A DNA stretch of 64,000 nt from Synechococcales cyanobacterium VAR_4_metabat_354 (GTDB taxonomy: Bacteria > Cyanobacteriota > Cyanobacteriia > Cyanobacteriales > Chamaesiphonaceae), in contig JANOQI010000011.1 in NCBI GenBank assembly GCA_031414775.1, positions 30,188 to 94,187 of the forward strand, written 5' to 3'. The notes beneath the pieces are model-generated. The model made no database searches. It saw nothing but the letters and a program-made list of their open reading frames with translations, and was not told where the DNA came from. Positions 30,944 to 41,748 of the stretch are shown here, in pieces. The first letter of the stretch is position 1, and the number at the start of each line of letters is the position of its first letter. A program made the position numbers and the translations under genes.

Positions 30944-31681
30944 CTAAACCGGATTATCAAAGAGTACGGTGGTCATATAACGCTCTGCCCACTCGGTGCC
31001 AAAAGCTTTTTCCAGCACCCGCCGAGTTTTGTCGTTTTGTTGCTGCTTATTGCAGTAGTAGTTCTGAGCCGCAATAATTTCATCCTGCTCTTGTTGAGTA
31101 ACCGGTTGCGAAGAGTTGGCAATCTGACAATGCACTGTCAAAAAACCAGTCACTCTTTCTAAAAACCATTCCTCTTCCTGGGTATCCTCTGGCCGGATGA
31201 AAAAGCAAAATTCCGAAAAGATATCTGCCCAATCGGGCAGCTCGCGGGGCTGGCTAAAATTGCGCTGTGGTAATTGGGCTAAGGCTTGACAATAGGCTTC
31301 TGGTAAAACGCGCTGCTGGTTAAGAGGTGAAAGATCGGCAATGGCGGCACTGATTTGGCCGCGCCCGCCCACAATATCAGCCCCAAACATTGGTAGTGCA
31401 TAGTCCGATCGAGGAAACATCACACAGTGCAGAATATCCAGATTCTTGCCGACTTGTGCTAGTTCTAGATGCAGCTTCCGGAACTGCGGTGTTTGGTAAC
31501 ACTTGTTTTCAATAATTAGCTTTTCGCCCTCTAGCTTGCCCTCGACATATCCGAGGTCATCTGGTAAATAGTAGGGAGACAAGTCTAGGTGCTGATGCCA
31601 AATAGATTCGATCGAATCGGCCAGTTGGCGAATCAAGAGCTGTTGGCGAGCACGGATCGAAGAAGAGTTAGTAGCAGGCAT
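30944..31681 (-). CDS. pcyA: phycocyanobilin:ferredoxin oxidoreductase
   Basis: [23 protein letters not shown] and [16 protein letters not shown] motifs. Confidence 0.96.
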   Translation of the reverse strand: MPATNSSSIRARQQLLIRQLADSIESIWHQHLDLSPYYLPDDLGYVEGKLEGEKLIIENKCYQTPQFRKLHLELAQVGKNLDILHCVMFPRSDYALPMFGADIVGGRGQISAAIADLSPLNQQRVLPEAYCQALAQLPQRNFSQPRELPDWADIFSEFCFFIRPEDTQEEEWFLERVTGFLTVHCQIANSSQPVTQQEQDEIIAAQNYYCNKQQQNDKTRRVLEKAFGTEWAERYMTTVLFDNPV

Positions 31682-31763
31682 TAGGAGACTAGCAGGGGCA
31701 ATAGGTATAATTATCTTAAGAACTGAGTACTCATTTCCAGCTAAATCAATAACATAAATACAC

Positions 31764-31799
31764 AAAAAATATGCAGAGCTAGGTTAGAACTCCGCATAT
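31764..31799 (-). terminator. intrinsic terminator of petF
   Basis: Minus strand ATATGCGGAGTT-CTAACCT-AGCTCTGCATAT (with G-U pairs) followed by a T run. Confidence 0.7.
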
Positions 31800-31827
31800 G
31801 CTAGTAATTCACTCTAGAAACTGCGAC

Positions 31828-32127
31828 TTAGTACAAAGACTCTTCTTGGTGAGTTTCGATCGTACAGTCGGACTTAGGATAAGCCACACAAGTCAGTACG
31901 AAACCAGCTTCAATCTGGTCGTCATCCAAGAAAGACTGATCAGATTGGTCAATTTCACCACTGGTGATTTTGCCAGCGCAGGTGGAACAAGCACCAGCAC
32001 GGCAAGAGTAAGGCAGATCCAAACCCTGCTCTTCAGCAGCGTCTAGAATATAAGTATCATCAGCTACTTCGATGGTTTGATTTAAACCTTCAGCAGCACT
32101 GACTAATGTAACTTTGTAAGTCGCCAT
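31828..32127 (-). CDS. petF: plant-type [2Fe-2S] ferredoxin I
   Basis: MATYKVTL...[17 protein letters not shown]...LTCVAYP. Confidence 0.98.
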   Translation of the reverse strand: MATYKVTLVSAAEGLNQTIEVADDTYILDAAEEQGLDLPYSCRAGACSTCAGKITSGEIDQSDQSFLDDDQIEAGFVLTCVAYPKSDCTIETHQEESLY

Positions 32128-32342
32128 GGATAATTCCTCTCTAAAACAATCGCGAAAAATTTGCGGGTTCACCACCCCATCTGCATACTAAGGGAAAAAT
32201 CCCCATTTGCAACCGTTATCTAGTCTGGTGTTGAACGGTATTCATAATCGGATTAGCGAAATTCATCCTAATTACTTATGGGTGAATCGGAATCTTAAGG
32301 AGTAAAATCTTGGAACTGGACATTCGCCATCAACCTTGGTAA

Positions 32343-33527
32343 ATGAAAATATTAGTTTTGACTTGGGAATTTCCACCCCGTCTCATTGGCGGGATCTCGC
32401 GCCACTGTGCCGAGCTGTATCCGGAAATAACCAAACTAGGGTACGAAATACATCTGGTGACGATCGAAGTCGGCCTCGCTCCAGCCTATGAAATAATCGA
32501 TGGCATTCATATCTATCGGGTTGAAGTCGAGCCTAGCCCTCGCGATCATCTATTGACCTGGATCAGTAATATGAATACCAGTTTGCAAGAACAAGCGCAG
32601 CTACTGGTGGCATCTCAGCAATTCGATCTAATTCATGTCCACGATTGGTTGGTAGCCAAAGCAGCGATCGCGATCAAGAACATCACGGGCTTGCCTTTAA
32701 TTGCCACGATTCACGCCACCGAATATGGTCGGCATCAAGGCATCCACAACTATGACAGCGAGCAAATTCACCAGCAAGAGCGAGACCTAGTTCAAGAGGC
32801 GGTACAAACGATTGTTTGTAGTAAATACATGCATTGGGAGGTAGATGAAGTTTTGGGTTGCCCCCCTGACAATATCCACACCATCTATAACGGCATTAAA
32901 CCAGAGAAAAAACAGCGGCCTCAAGATTTTGACTTTTGGTCACTGCGCCGCAGCTTCGCGACCGATCATGAAAAAATCATCTACTATGTGGGACGAATGA
33001 CTCCCGAAAAAGGGATTTTTGTTTTACTAAACGCCGCCTCTAATGTTTTGTGGGAAATGGAAGGACGGGTCAAGATTGTGTTTGTGGGTGGTGGTAATAC
33101 CGATCAGCTGAAGAGTCGAGCCTGGGATTTAGGAATTTGGGATAAGTGCTTCTTTACTGGCTTTATGTCGGACAGTGATTTAGATAAATTTCAAACAGTG
33201 GCCGACTGTGCCGTCTTCCCGAGCCTGTATGAACCATTTGGGATTGTGGCTTTAGAGAGTTTTGCTTCTCATGTTCCGGTCGTAGTGTCAGATGCGGGTG
33301 GTTTGCCTGAGGTAGTCAGGCATGGACAAACCGGCATTGTCACCTGGAAAAACAACCCCGAGTCTCTAGCTTGGGGCATTTTGGAAGTGCTCCGCAACCC
33401 CAGCTATGCGAAATGGCTCACCGACAACGCCTATGATGAATTGCGCTTGCGGTTCAACTGGGCAGATATTGCTCAACAGACGACCAAAGTCTATCGACTA
33501 GCCTTGGCCAAAGCCGATCTTAAATAA
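32343..33527 (+). CDS. glycosyltransferase family 4
   Basis: WEFPPR..GGI, HVHDWL and YEPFGIVALE motifs. Confidence 0.92.
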   Translation: MKILVLTWEFPPRLIGGISRHCAELYPEITKLGYEIHLVTIEVGLAPAYEIIDGIHIYRVEVEPSPRDHLLTWISNMNTSLQEQAQLLVASQQFDLIHVHDWLVAKAAIAIKNITGLPLIATIHATEYGRHQGIHNYDSEQIHQQERDLVQEAVQTIVCSKYMHWEVDEVLGCPPDNIHTIYNGIKPEKKQRPQDFDFWSLRRSFATDHEKIIYYVGRMTPEKGIFVLLNAASNVLWEMEGRVKIVFVGGGNTDQLKSRAWDLGIWDKCFFTGFMSDSDLDKFQTVADCAVFPSLYEPFGIVALESFASHVPVVVSDAGGLPEVVRHGQTGIVTWKNNPESLAWGILEVLRNPSYAKWLTDNAYDELRLRFNWADIAQQTTKVYRLALAKADLK

Positions 33528-35736
33528 TCTGGGCAATTTTGCGCAAGAGCTGCTCGGGCTGCACCCGGTTCCAAAACAATCGATCGACAGCCATGGCTTG
33601 TTCTTTGCTATTTTGCTGCTCGGGAGTAGAAATCAACAAGTAGCGGATATGCTGCGTTTCCGTCAAATTATGTAAATAGTTTAAGATATGGCTGGTCTGG
33701 TCTTGACCAATTTCTTGATCGATAATCACCAAATCTGGTTGCCATAGTTCAATTTGTTTGTGTGCCAGATAGGTTTCAGTGAGAGAAACCACTTGATAAC
33801 CGGCGGCGGTCAAGATATCAGCCACCAGACCACCAGCCGCATTATCATCTTCTACTAATACAATTGTTTTAGTAGGTTGTTGTTCATCATCGTTTTTATT
33901 CAAGACGGGCAGCTTTTCCGTTTTGGGCAAGCGTAGCGACTGAGAGGCTAACCACACCGTAAAGGTTGAGCCATCATTTTCAACTGACTCCACTTCAATC
34001 CAGCCGCCATGTAGTTCCACTAGTTGCTTAGTGAGTGCCAGACCCAACCCAATTCCTTCATAAGCTCGATCAAGAGTGGAATCAAGTTGCTGAAATTTTT
34101 GAAAAATGCGCGGAATTTGATCCTGGGCAATCCCAATCCCAGTATCTTCGACTTGCAACACTAAATAATCAAACTCTCGCCAAGTCCGAATGATAATCTG
34201 ACCAGATTCTTCGGTAAACTTGATAGCGTTAGTTAGTAGATTAATTAAAATTTGTTTAATGCGCTTGGTATCGCCCCGAAAGCGTACATCCTGGCTATGG
34301 TCTTGGCTAATATCTTCAACGCCATCCATAATCTGAATTTGCAGACTAATTTTACGCTGATCTGCCCGCTGCTGAACCATTTGAACCACTTGTTGCAGTA
34401 TTCTTAGTAAAGAAAATTCACTAACTTTCAACACTGCCCGTCCAGCTTCTAGCTTAGACATTTCGAGCATATCGTCAATCAATTCCAGCAGGTGATCGCC
34501 ACTATTTTTAATAGTTTGAATATAATTTTTTTGGCGAGTGTCCAAATTGCTATTTAGCAAATTGAGCAAGGTATAAGACAAACCTAAAATACTGGTTAAG
34601 GGCGTGCGTAATTCGTGACTGAGCACCGCTAAAAATTCGGTTTTGGCTTCACTAGCAGACTGAGCCACCATTAAAGCATCACGCAGTTCATTGGTACGCC
34701 CATCGACTTGCTGCGCTAGGGTTTTTTTCTGAATTTGCAACTGTTCATAAAGCTGAGATTGATAGATGGCGATCGACAGATGTCCGGCTACTTTTTGCAA
34801 TAGTTCTTGTTGCCAGCTCTGCCACTCAGAGCACTGATGGCAATCATGGGCAATCAGCAGCCCCCACAGCTGACCAGTCACAATAATTGGAACTACGAGC
34901 TTCGATTTGACCTGCAAGCGCTCCATCTGCTCAGCAAAACAGAGGTGCTTGGCAAAAGTCTGAGCCACATCACTAACCACCTGAATCAAACCATTTTGAT
35001 AATTTTCCCAATGCTGTACATCATCAAAACAGGTTTGGGCTTCATCAAAATTGAGCGAGATCGGAATAGACTCATCCAACCGGGCTTCATGGATGACTTT
35101 ACCACCGCTGGCAAAAATTCCATCTTGCTTTAAACTGTTTGGGTTGAACTGATAAATCACTAGTCGATCGATTTGCAGATAATCTTGCACCTGATCGATC
35201 GTCATCCCTAAAATTACTGACAACTCTACAGTTTCACGGATATTAGTAGCTAACTGATTCAGTATTTTTTCCTGGCTATTTTGTTGTGACAAAATCACCG
35301 CCAACGGACTGGTCGCAGCGGGTGAGGCCAAAGCACTAATTAGCTGCAAGGTAAATTGACCTTGCCAATAACTATCATTGGGTTGTAATCGGGAATACCA
35401 TTTTTTGAGGATTGGTTTCCATTGATGTTTAGCCGGTAGAGTTTTATGAACAGCCACCAAAAAACTTTCAATTTCATCTGTGGCAAAGACCAGATTGAGA
35501 TGATAATTTCCAGAATTTGCGATGCTCTGAATTCCTAAACAAGCCGAAAAATTGGGACTGAGAATCAGCAAAAAATCAGGGCATTCCACACCAGCCAGCT
35601 GGCAACTGGTATCCACTGGCCAAGCCAGAATTTCACTAGTCAGCATGATCACATTGTCCCCAACCATCTCCACCAACTGCGGCCACAACAGGCGCAATCG
35701 GCTAACAGTAGCGGAGCTAAATTGTCCTGGAATCAT
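33520..35736 (-). CDS. cikA: GAF-histidine kinase-(pseudo)receiver protein, CikA-like
   Basis: Cyanobacteria-type N-terminal region, one GAF, SHELRTPL H-box, NAIKF, DTGIG and GLGL boxes, and a degenerate C-terminal receiver. Confidence 0.75.
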   Translation of the reverse strand: MIPGQFSSATVSRLRLLWPQLVEMVGDNVIMLTSEILAWPVDTSCQLAGVECPDFLLILSPNFSACLGIQSIANSGNYHLNLVFATDEIESFLVAVHKTLPAKHQWKPILKKWYSRLQPNDSYWQGQFTLQLISALASPAATSPLAVILSQQNSQEKILNQLATNIRETVELSVILGMTIDQVQDYLQIDRLVIYQFNPNSLKQDGIFASGGKVIHEARLDESIPISLNFDEAQTCFDDVQHWENYQNGLIQVVSDVAQTFAKHLCFAEQMERLQVKSKLVVPIIVTGQLWGLLIAHDCHQCSEWQSWQQELLQKVAGHLSIAIYQSQLYEQLQIQKKTLAQQVDGRTNELRDALMVAQSASEAKTEFLAVLSHELRTPLTSILGLSYTLLNLLNSNLDTRQKNYIQTIKNSGDHLLELIDDMLEMSKLEAGRAVLKVSEFSLLRILQQVVQMVQQRADQRKISLQIQIMDGVEDISQDHSQDVRFRGDTKRIKQILINLLTNAIKFTEESGQIIIRTWREFDYLVLQVEDTGIGIAQDQIPRIFQKFQQLDSTLDRAYEGIGLGLALTKQLVELHGGWIEVESVENDGSTFTVWLASQSLRLPKTEKLPVLNKNDDEQQPTKTIVLVEDDNAAGGLVADILTAAGYQVVSLTETYLAHKQIELWQPDLVIIDQEIGQDQTSHILNYLHNLTETQHIRYLLISTPEQQNSKEQAMAVDRLFWNRVQPEQLLRKIAQII

Positions 35737-35839
35737 AGAGTGAGTAGAGGAGATGGTGCGATCTCTCAAATTGCTACTTTCAACTCTAATTGATAGTTTT
35801 ACGGTCGGCGTGAAATTTCGCAAACATTTAATAGTTGCT

Positions 35840-37600
35840 CTAAAAACCCCCAGCGGTTCCTTCTCCGCGCGGGTCGGCAGCACCAGCTAAAGTACCATCC
35901 GGTAGTTGTTGAATGGCGTTGGTATTGCCCCATTCGGTTCGTTGATTAGGTTTGTGACCCCGCCGTTGAAGTTCTACCCAGGTCGCTGAATTAACTGCTC
36001 CTGGTTCGATATCCAATTTATCTGGCAACCACTGGTGATGAATCCGAGCAGCTGCTACCGCTGCTTTCACGTCCATTTTGTACACTAGCGTATTAAGAAT
36101 CACCTGTAAAACATTGGTGATAATCAGACTACCCCCCGCCGAACCCACCGCCAATCGAAATTTACCGTTTTCCGTCACAATGCTAGGCGTCATACTGGAG
36201 AGAGGGGTTTTACCAGGAGCTACAGCATTGGCCTCGCCACCCACTAATCCATAAGCATTAGGTGTCCCAGGAGCAACAGCAAAATCATCCATTTCATCAT
36301 TCAACAAAATGCCAGTACCAGGTACTACTACCCCCGCCCCAAAGCGATAATTGACGGTAAAGGTGAGGCTCACCACCCGTCGATTGCGATCGACTACCGT
36401 TAAATGGCTCGTATCGGCAGACACCTTCTGGTTTTGAGTACGAGGGACTGGGGGCTGAAGCGGGGCATTAGGCTGAAAGCGCCGCAGCACCGACCAGTCC
36501 GCTGGTTTGACCTGAGCAAAAGGTCGAGCGCGGGTCAAAGATATTTCTTGACGACGCAAAGTGGCATAGCCAGGACTGGTTAAGGCGGTGACTGGTACTT
36601 TGGTGAAAGCTGGATCGCCCAGGTATAAAGACCGATCGGCATAGGCAGTACGCATGGACTCGGCGATCAGATGTATGGCATCGGGACTATGCCAACCCCA
36701 TTTATCTAAACCTTTGTCCCCAATAATATTGAGTATTTGTAATAAATGCACCCCACCCGAAGACGGTGGGGGCATCGAGCATACCTGGTACTGCCGGAAC
36801 TTGCCACAGAGCGGATCGCGCCAAATGGGTTGATAAGCGAGCAGATCGGCTCTCGTGATCAGACCACCATTTTGACGCATATCTCGATCGATCTTCTGAG
36901 CAATGGTGCCTTGATAAAAATTGCGGGGATTGCGGGCAATGGTGGTAAGCGTCTGGGCTAGATCAGTTTGGATGAGCCGCGATCCAGTAGCTAGGGGTCG
37001 TCCACCGGGCATAAATATTTGACGCGCCGCCAGATTTCGTTTTAACAGCGGGGCTTTGTCTTTGATGCGATCGGCTAAAATATTGCTCACCGTAAAACCA
37101 TTACGAGCGAGCTTAATCGATGGCTGAACAACTTGCGACCAGGGCAATTTGCCATATTTTTGATGAGCCGCCGCTAAGCCTGCGATCGTACCTGGAATCC
37201 CGGCGGCAAGGTGTCCTTCTAAGCTAGCCTGAGGCTTAACTTTACCGTTGGCATCGAGGTACATATTGCGGCTAGCCCGGCGCGGTGCCCGTTCCCGGAA
37301 ATCTAGGGCGCGGGTTTTATCCCCTACCTTCAGGAGCATAAAACCACCCCCACCAATCCCAGCAGAAAAAGGTTCTACTACGGAAATTGCCAGCGTCGTG
37401 GCTACGGCGGCATCGATCGCATTGCCGCCCTGTTGCAAAATTTGCACACCCGCTTGAGTCGCTAGGGGATGCGCAGCCGTTACCAGACCCTGCTTAGCAG
37501 TTGTTGGACGAGGAAAAGCAGCCTGGGTGGCAACTCCTGTAGTTAAGTTCAGAGTGACAGCAGCAAGCAATATTCCGGGGCACAAGCGGGCAACTAGCAT
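35840..37600 (-). CDS. ggt: gamma-glutamyltransferase
   Basis: GGNAIDAAVA, DFRERAP, TSH cleavage site, LNDEMDDF and PLSSMTP motifs. Confidence 0.96.
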   Translation of the reverse strand: MLVARLCPGILLAAVTLNLTTGVATQAAFPRPTTAKQGLVTAAHPLATQAGVQILQQGGNAIDAAVATTLAISVVEPFSAGIGGGGFMLLKVGDKTRALDFRERAPRRASRNMYLDANGKVKPQASLEGHLAAGIPGTIAGLAAAHQKYGKLPWSQVVQPSIKLARNGFTVSNILADRIKDKAPLLKRNLAARQIFMPGGRPLATGSRLIQTDLAQTLTTIARNPRNFYQGTIAQKIDRDMRQNGGLITRADLLAYQPIWRDPLCGKFRQYQVCSMPPPSSGGVHLLQILNIIGDKGLDKWGWHSPDAIHLIAESMRTAYADRSLYLGDPAFTKVPVTALTSPGYATLRRQEISLTRARPFAQVKPADWSVLRRFQPNAPLQPPVPRTQNQKVSADTSHLTVVDRNRRVVSLTFTVNYRFGAGVVVPGTGILLNDEMDDFAVAPGTPNAYGLVGGEANAVAPGKTPLSSMTPSIVTENGKFRLAVGSAGGSLIITNVLQVILNTLVYKMDVKAAVAAARIHHQWLPDKLDIEPGAVNSATWVELQRRGHKPNQRTEWGNTNAIQQLPDGTLAGAADPRGEGTAGGF

Positions 37601-37664
37601 ATTAATCCTCTATTTTTAAATTTGGTTTAATTCGGTTTCTAATCTCAACTCTGAAAATTAAATC

Positions 37665-37688
37665 AAAAAAAACGGGGTTGCCCCCGTT
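37665..37688 (-). terminator. intrinsic terminator of rpsF
   Basis: AACGGGG-TTGC-CCCCGTT stem preceded on the + strand by an A run (U tail on the minus strand). Confidence 0.8.
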
Positions 37689-37704
37689 GCTCGTCAACAA
37701 ATCT

Positions 37705-38031
37705 CTAGGCTTCAACAGCCTCAGCTTCTTCGACCTCAGGCTTGGGCGGATCCATTTTGATCGTGAGATAGCGCATCACTTCTTCACTGAGTCGCATAGC
37801 TCTTTCAACGATCGCAACTTCTTTGCCGGTGCCAATGTAGTTTACTTGTACGTAAAAACCATCGCGGTTCTTATTAATAAGATAGGCCAAGCGCTTCTTG
37901 CCTTTGACTTGAATCTCAATATCAGTGCTTTCATTGGCCACAAGCAGCTGTTTATATTTATCAACTGCGGTACTAACCTGCTCATCATTGAGGTCAGGAC
38001 GCAAAATGTACATTAATTCGTAATGATTCAC
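37705..38031 (-). CDS. rpsF: 30S ribosomal protein S6
   Basis: YELMYILRPDL, GKKRLAYLI and RLSEEVMRYL motifs. Confidence 0.96.
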   Translation of the reverse strand: MNHYELMYILRPDLNDEQVSTAVDKYKQLLVANESTDIEIQVKGKKRLAYLINKNRDGFYVQVNYIGTGKEVAIVERAMRLSEEVMRYLTIKMDPPKPEVEEAEAVEA

Positions 38032-38163
38032 AAGTATTTCCTCTTGGACTGGGCGGCTTCTTTATGGTTTAAGAAGCAAGGGCTTCCTATCATATCAGGT
38101 TACTGCCGACCTGTGTCCAATTTTTCCAGACCAGCATCAGCCTAAATTGCCTGAGGCAATTCC

Positions 38164-38655
38164 TTAACGGGGCAGCATCGCATAAACATTTTCCGATAAC
38201 TTGGGGATATCTGGATATTTTCCCAAAACAGTTGATCCGATCGAGTATAGACAAGCACCTAAAACCGCTACCGGCATTAAGAGCATTAATACCAAACCTA
38301 ATTCGCCTACAAATAGCTTAGCCACCAGGTTCCATAACGATAAGACGATACTGAAAAGGATCGCTTGGAGAGTATTAAAACGGATCGAGTAATTGATTTT
38401 CTCGTTTTGGACTACGGCTAAATACATCAGCAAAAATACGGCAAAAGAACCTAAACCCAGTGGAATCATACCGACAACAGCACCATAAACCCGGAGGACT
38501 GGTGCTAGCAGTAGCAAAATGAAGTTGAGCGGAGCCAGGGATGGTAATAACATCTGTAAAAGTGTTAGGGCACCAGCGATCTCAATGAGGGGCAAAAGGT
38601 AAGGTAAACAGCCAAAAAATCGGTCAGTACCAGAAATATTGCTACGCCAAGTCAT
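38164..38655 (-). CDS. Tic20/Ycf60 family membrane protein
   Basis: MTWR...DRFFGCLPYLLPL, IRFNTLQAI and GKYPDIP motifs. Confidence 0.88.
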   Translation of the reverse strand: MTWRSNISGTDRFFGCLPYLLPLIEIAGALTLLQMLLPSLAPLNFILLLLAPVLRVYGAVVGMIPLGLGSFAVFLLMYLAVVQNEKINYSIRFNTLQAILFSIVLSLWNLVAKLFVGELGLVLMLLMPVAVLGACLYSIGSTVLGKYPDIPKLSENVYAMLPR

Positions 38656-38901
38656 GATTTATTTTCCTCAGGTTGCTCTTGTTTGTCCTAGCTTAACTTA
38701 GATAGACCCGCAGGCCAGCCAACAATGGTTGTGCTAGGATTCTAATTTACTCCCCACATTTTCACCTAAATTTCACTTAAGTTTCGATGACTTCGCTCGC
38801 ACTGGTGATGATCGCTACATCAAAATCGATCAGCTAGCACGTTGCCAGAAAATTTCTGGCAGTAGAGATGACGAAGATCGACTTGATACCTCCTACTGGC
38901 T

Positions 38902-40503
38902 ATGACAAGCGGCTACATTTTAATCATCGTAATTTTATTACTGGGGGGCATTATTGCGGTGTCCGGAGATCGGGTGGGCAGCAAAGTTGGCAAAGCTCGC
39001 CTGACTATTTTTAAGCTCCGCCCCAAGCAGACTGCGACCTTAGTCACAATCATAGTTGGCACTTTTTTATCGGCATCAGTATTAACGGTGCTATTTGCTG
39101 CGAGCGAACAGTTGCGTACTGGAGTTTTTGACTTGCAAAAACTTCAGAAAAAGCTGAGTTTGACCAGTGAGGAATTAGCCAAAGCCATTAGCCAAAAAAA
39201 TTACATTCAGCAACAGCTAGAAAAACTGCGGATCGAGCAATCCGAGGCTAAGGACGAGTTGATGGGCATCAATCAGTCTGTCAAAAATGAACTAACTAAG
39301 CGATCGACTAGTGCTCAGCAGCTCAAGAAGGTGCAGCAGCAACTAGAAGAAGTCGGCAGTCAAAAAACTAATCTCCAAAAAGATGTTGATGCCATCACCC
39401 GCCAAATCAGTGACCTCAGCACCAAGCAACTAGTTTTAGAGAAACAGAAAGAGCAGCAAACTACCGAAATTAATCAGGTAAATCGGCGCTTAACTCGCCT
39501 AGCCCAGCAACTCATTAATCTGAATGATACCCAACAGCAAGTATCCAATCCACAAATGTCGATCGAGATAAATCAACAGCAGGCCAAAGTCCGAGAACTG
39601 TCTCAGCAAATCCGCTCTAAGGAAACAGTGCTGGGGCAAATTGCCACCCAATTGCGCCAACAAAAACAGGCATTAGAAGTGCGTAAAGCCCAACTCCAAG
39701 AAAAAAATAGACAATTTCAGGTGGTAGACAATGAATTAAATGATGTGGTCTCTCAGCAACAACTCCTGAATCGTCAGTTAACTGATTTAGAAAAGCAGCT
39801 GCGCGATCGGGAGCAAAAGATGGCTTTTATTGATCAGGAAGTTGGTGATTTAGAACGAGAATATCAACATTTCCGACAGGGAGATATTGCGATCTTGCGT
39901 AATCAAGTCATGGTATTCGATGTGGTCACAGCTACCAAAGATCAACCCACTCAAAAAATCATTGACAAACTCTTACAGCAAGCTAATCAAACCGCCTTAG
40001 CCGCCACCCACCCTGGCGATAGTAATAAAGGTCGGCAAGTTGTCCAACTGAGTTTAGATCAACAACAGAAATTAATTGACCAGATTAAAGATGGACGGCA
40101 GTACGTTGTACGTTTTTTTGCAGTGAGTAATTATTTGGTCAACGATACTGAAATTCGGTTATTTGCCGATGCGGCTCTAAACCAAAAAGTGTTTGCAGTT
40201 GGTGAGATTCTCTCTTCTAGCTCGGCTGACCCCACAAAAATGACTAATGCCCAACTGCGTCAACAATTAGATTTACTACTTTCTTCCTCCCAATTCAGAG
40301 CTAGAAGAGTAGGAATTTTGGGGGATTCGATCGAGATTGGCAACGGCAATATGTCTAGCTTCATCCAGTTTTTAGGACAGATGAAAGCCCAAAGTGGTTC
40401 GATCGATCTGCAAGCCATTGCAGTTAGCGACACCTTTACGGCGGGGCCGCTGAAAGTGAAGCTGCAAGCCCTGCAAAAAGGCAAAGTAATTTTCAGTACT
40501 TGA
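38902..40503 (+). CDS. DUF3084 coiled-coil membrane protein
   Basis: LGGIIAVSGDRVGSKVGKARL..LRPKQTA N-terminus followed by a long coiled coil. Confidence 0.85.
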   Translation: MTSGYILIIVILLLGGIIAVSGDRVGSKVGKARLTIFKLRPKQTATLVTIIVGTFLSASVLTVLFAASEQLRTGVFDLQKLQKKLSLTSEELAKAISQKNYIQQQLEKLRIEQSEAKDELMGINQSVKNELTKRSTSAQQLKKVQQQLEEVGSQKTNLQKDVDAITRQISDLSTKQLVLEKQKEQQTTEINQVNRRLTRLAQQLINLNDTQQQVSNPQMSIEINQQQAKVRELSQQIRSKETVLGQIATQLRQQKQALEVRKAQLQEKNRQFQVVDNELNDVVSQQQLLNRQLTDLEKQLRDREQKMAFIDQEVGDLEREYQHFRQGDIAILRNQVMVFDVVTATKDQPTQKIIDKLLQQANQTALAATHPGDSNKGRQVVQLSLDQQQKLIDQIKDGRQYVVRFFAVSNYLVNDTEIRLFADAALNQKVFAVGEILSSSSADPTKMTNAQLRQQLDLLLSSSQFRARRVGILGDSIEIGNGNMSSFIQFLGQMKAQSGSIDLQAIAVSDTFTAGPLKVKLQALQKGKVIFST

Positions 40504-40544
40504 AAATAATTACCCGGAATCATTACGTTGCGATCGCATCCCCT

Positions 40545-41570
<1,026 letters not shown>

Positions 41571-41748
41571 TCATTTTCCTTGGTGTTAGGCTGGTGTGGC
41601 AAGTGGTAACGGGCTAGAGTATACTCCTGATTGACAAAACTTTATGATGCCGGGTCAGCTAACCGTGGCTGCTGAGTGCCAAACATCAGCCCAACATCAT
41701 AAAGTGCACTGTAAATCTCACTCAGTTTGCTCAAAAGCTGAAGCCCAT

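Noticed and set aside
35737..35883. N-terminal extension of the CikA-like kinase overlapping ggt
   Set aside because: Overlaps the ggt 3' end; ATG 35736 is the more plausible start.
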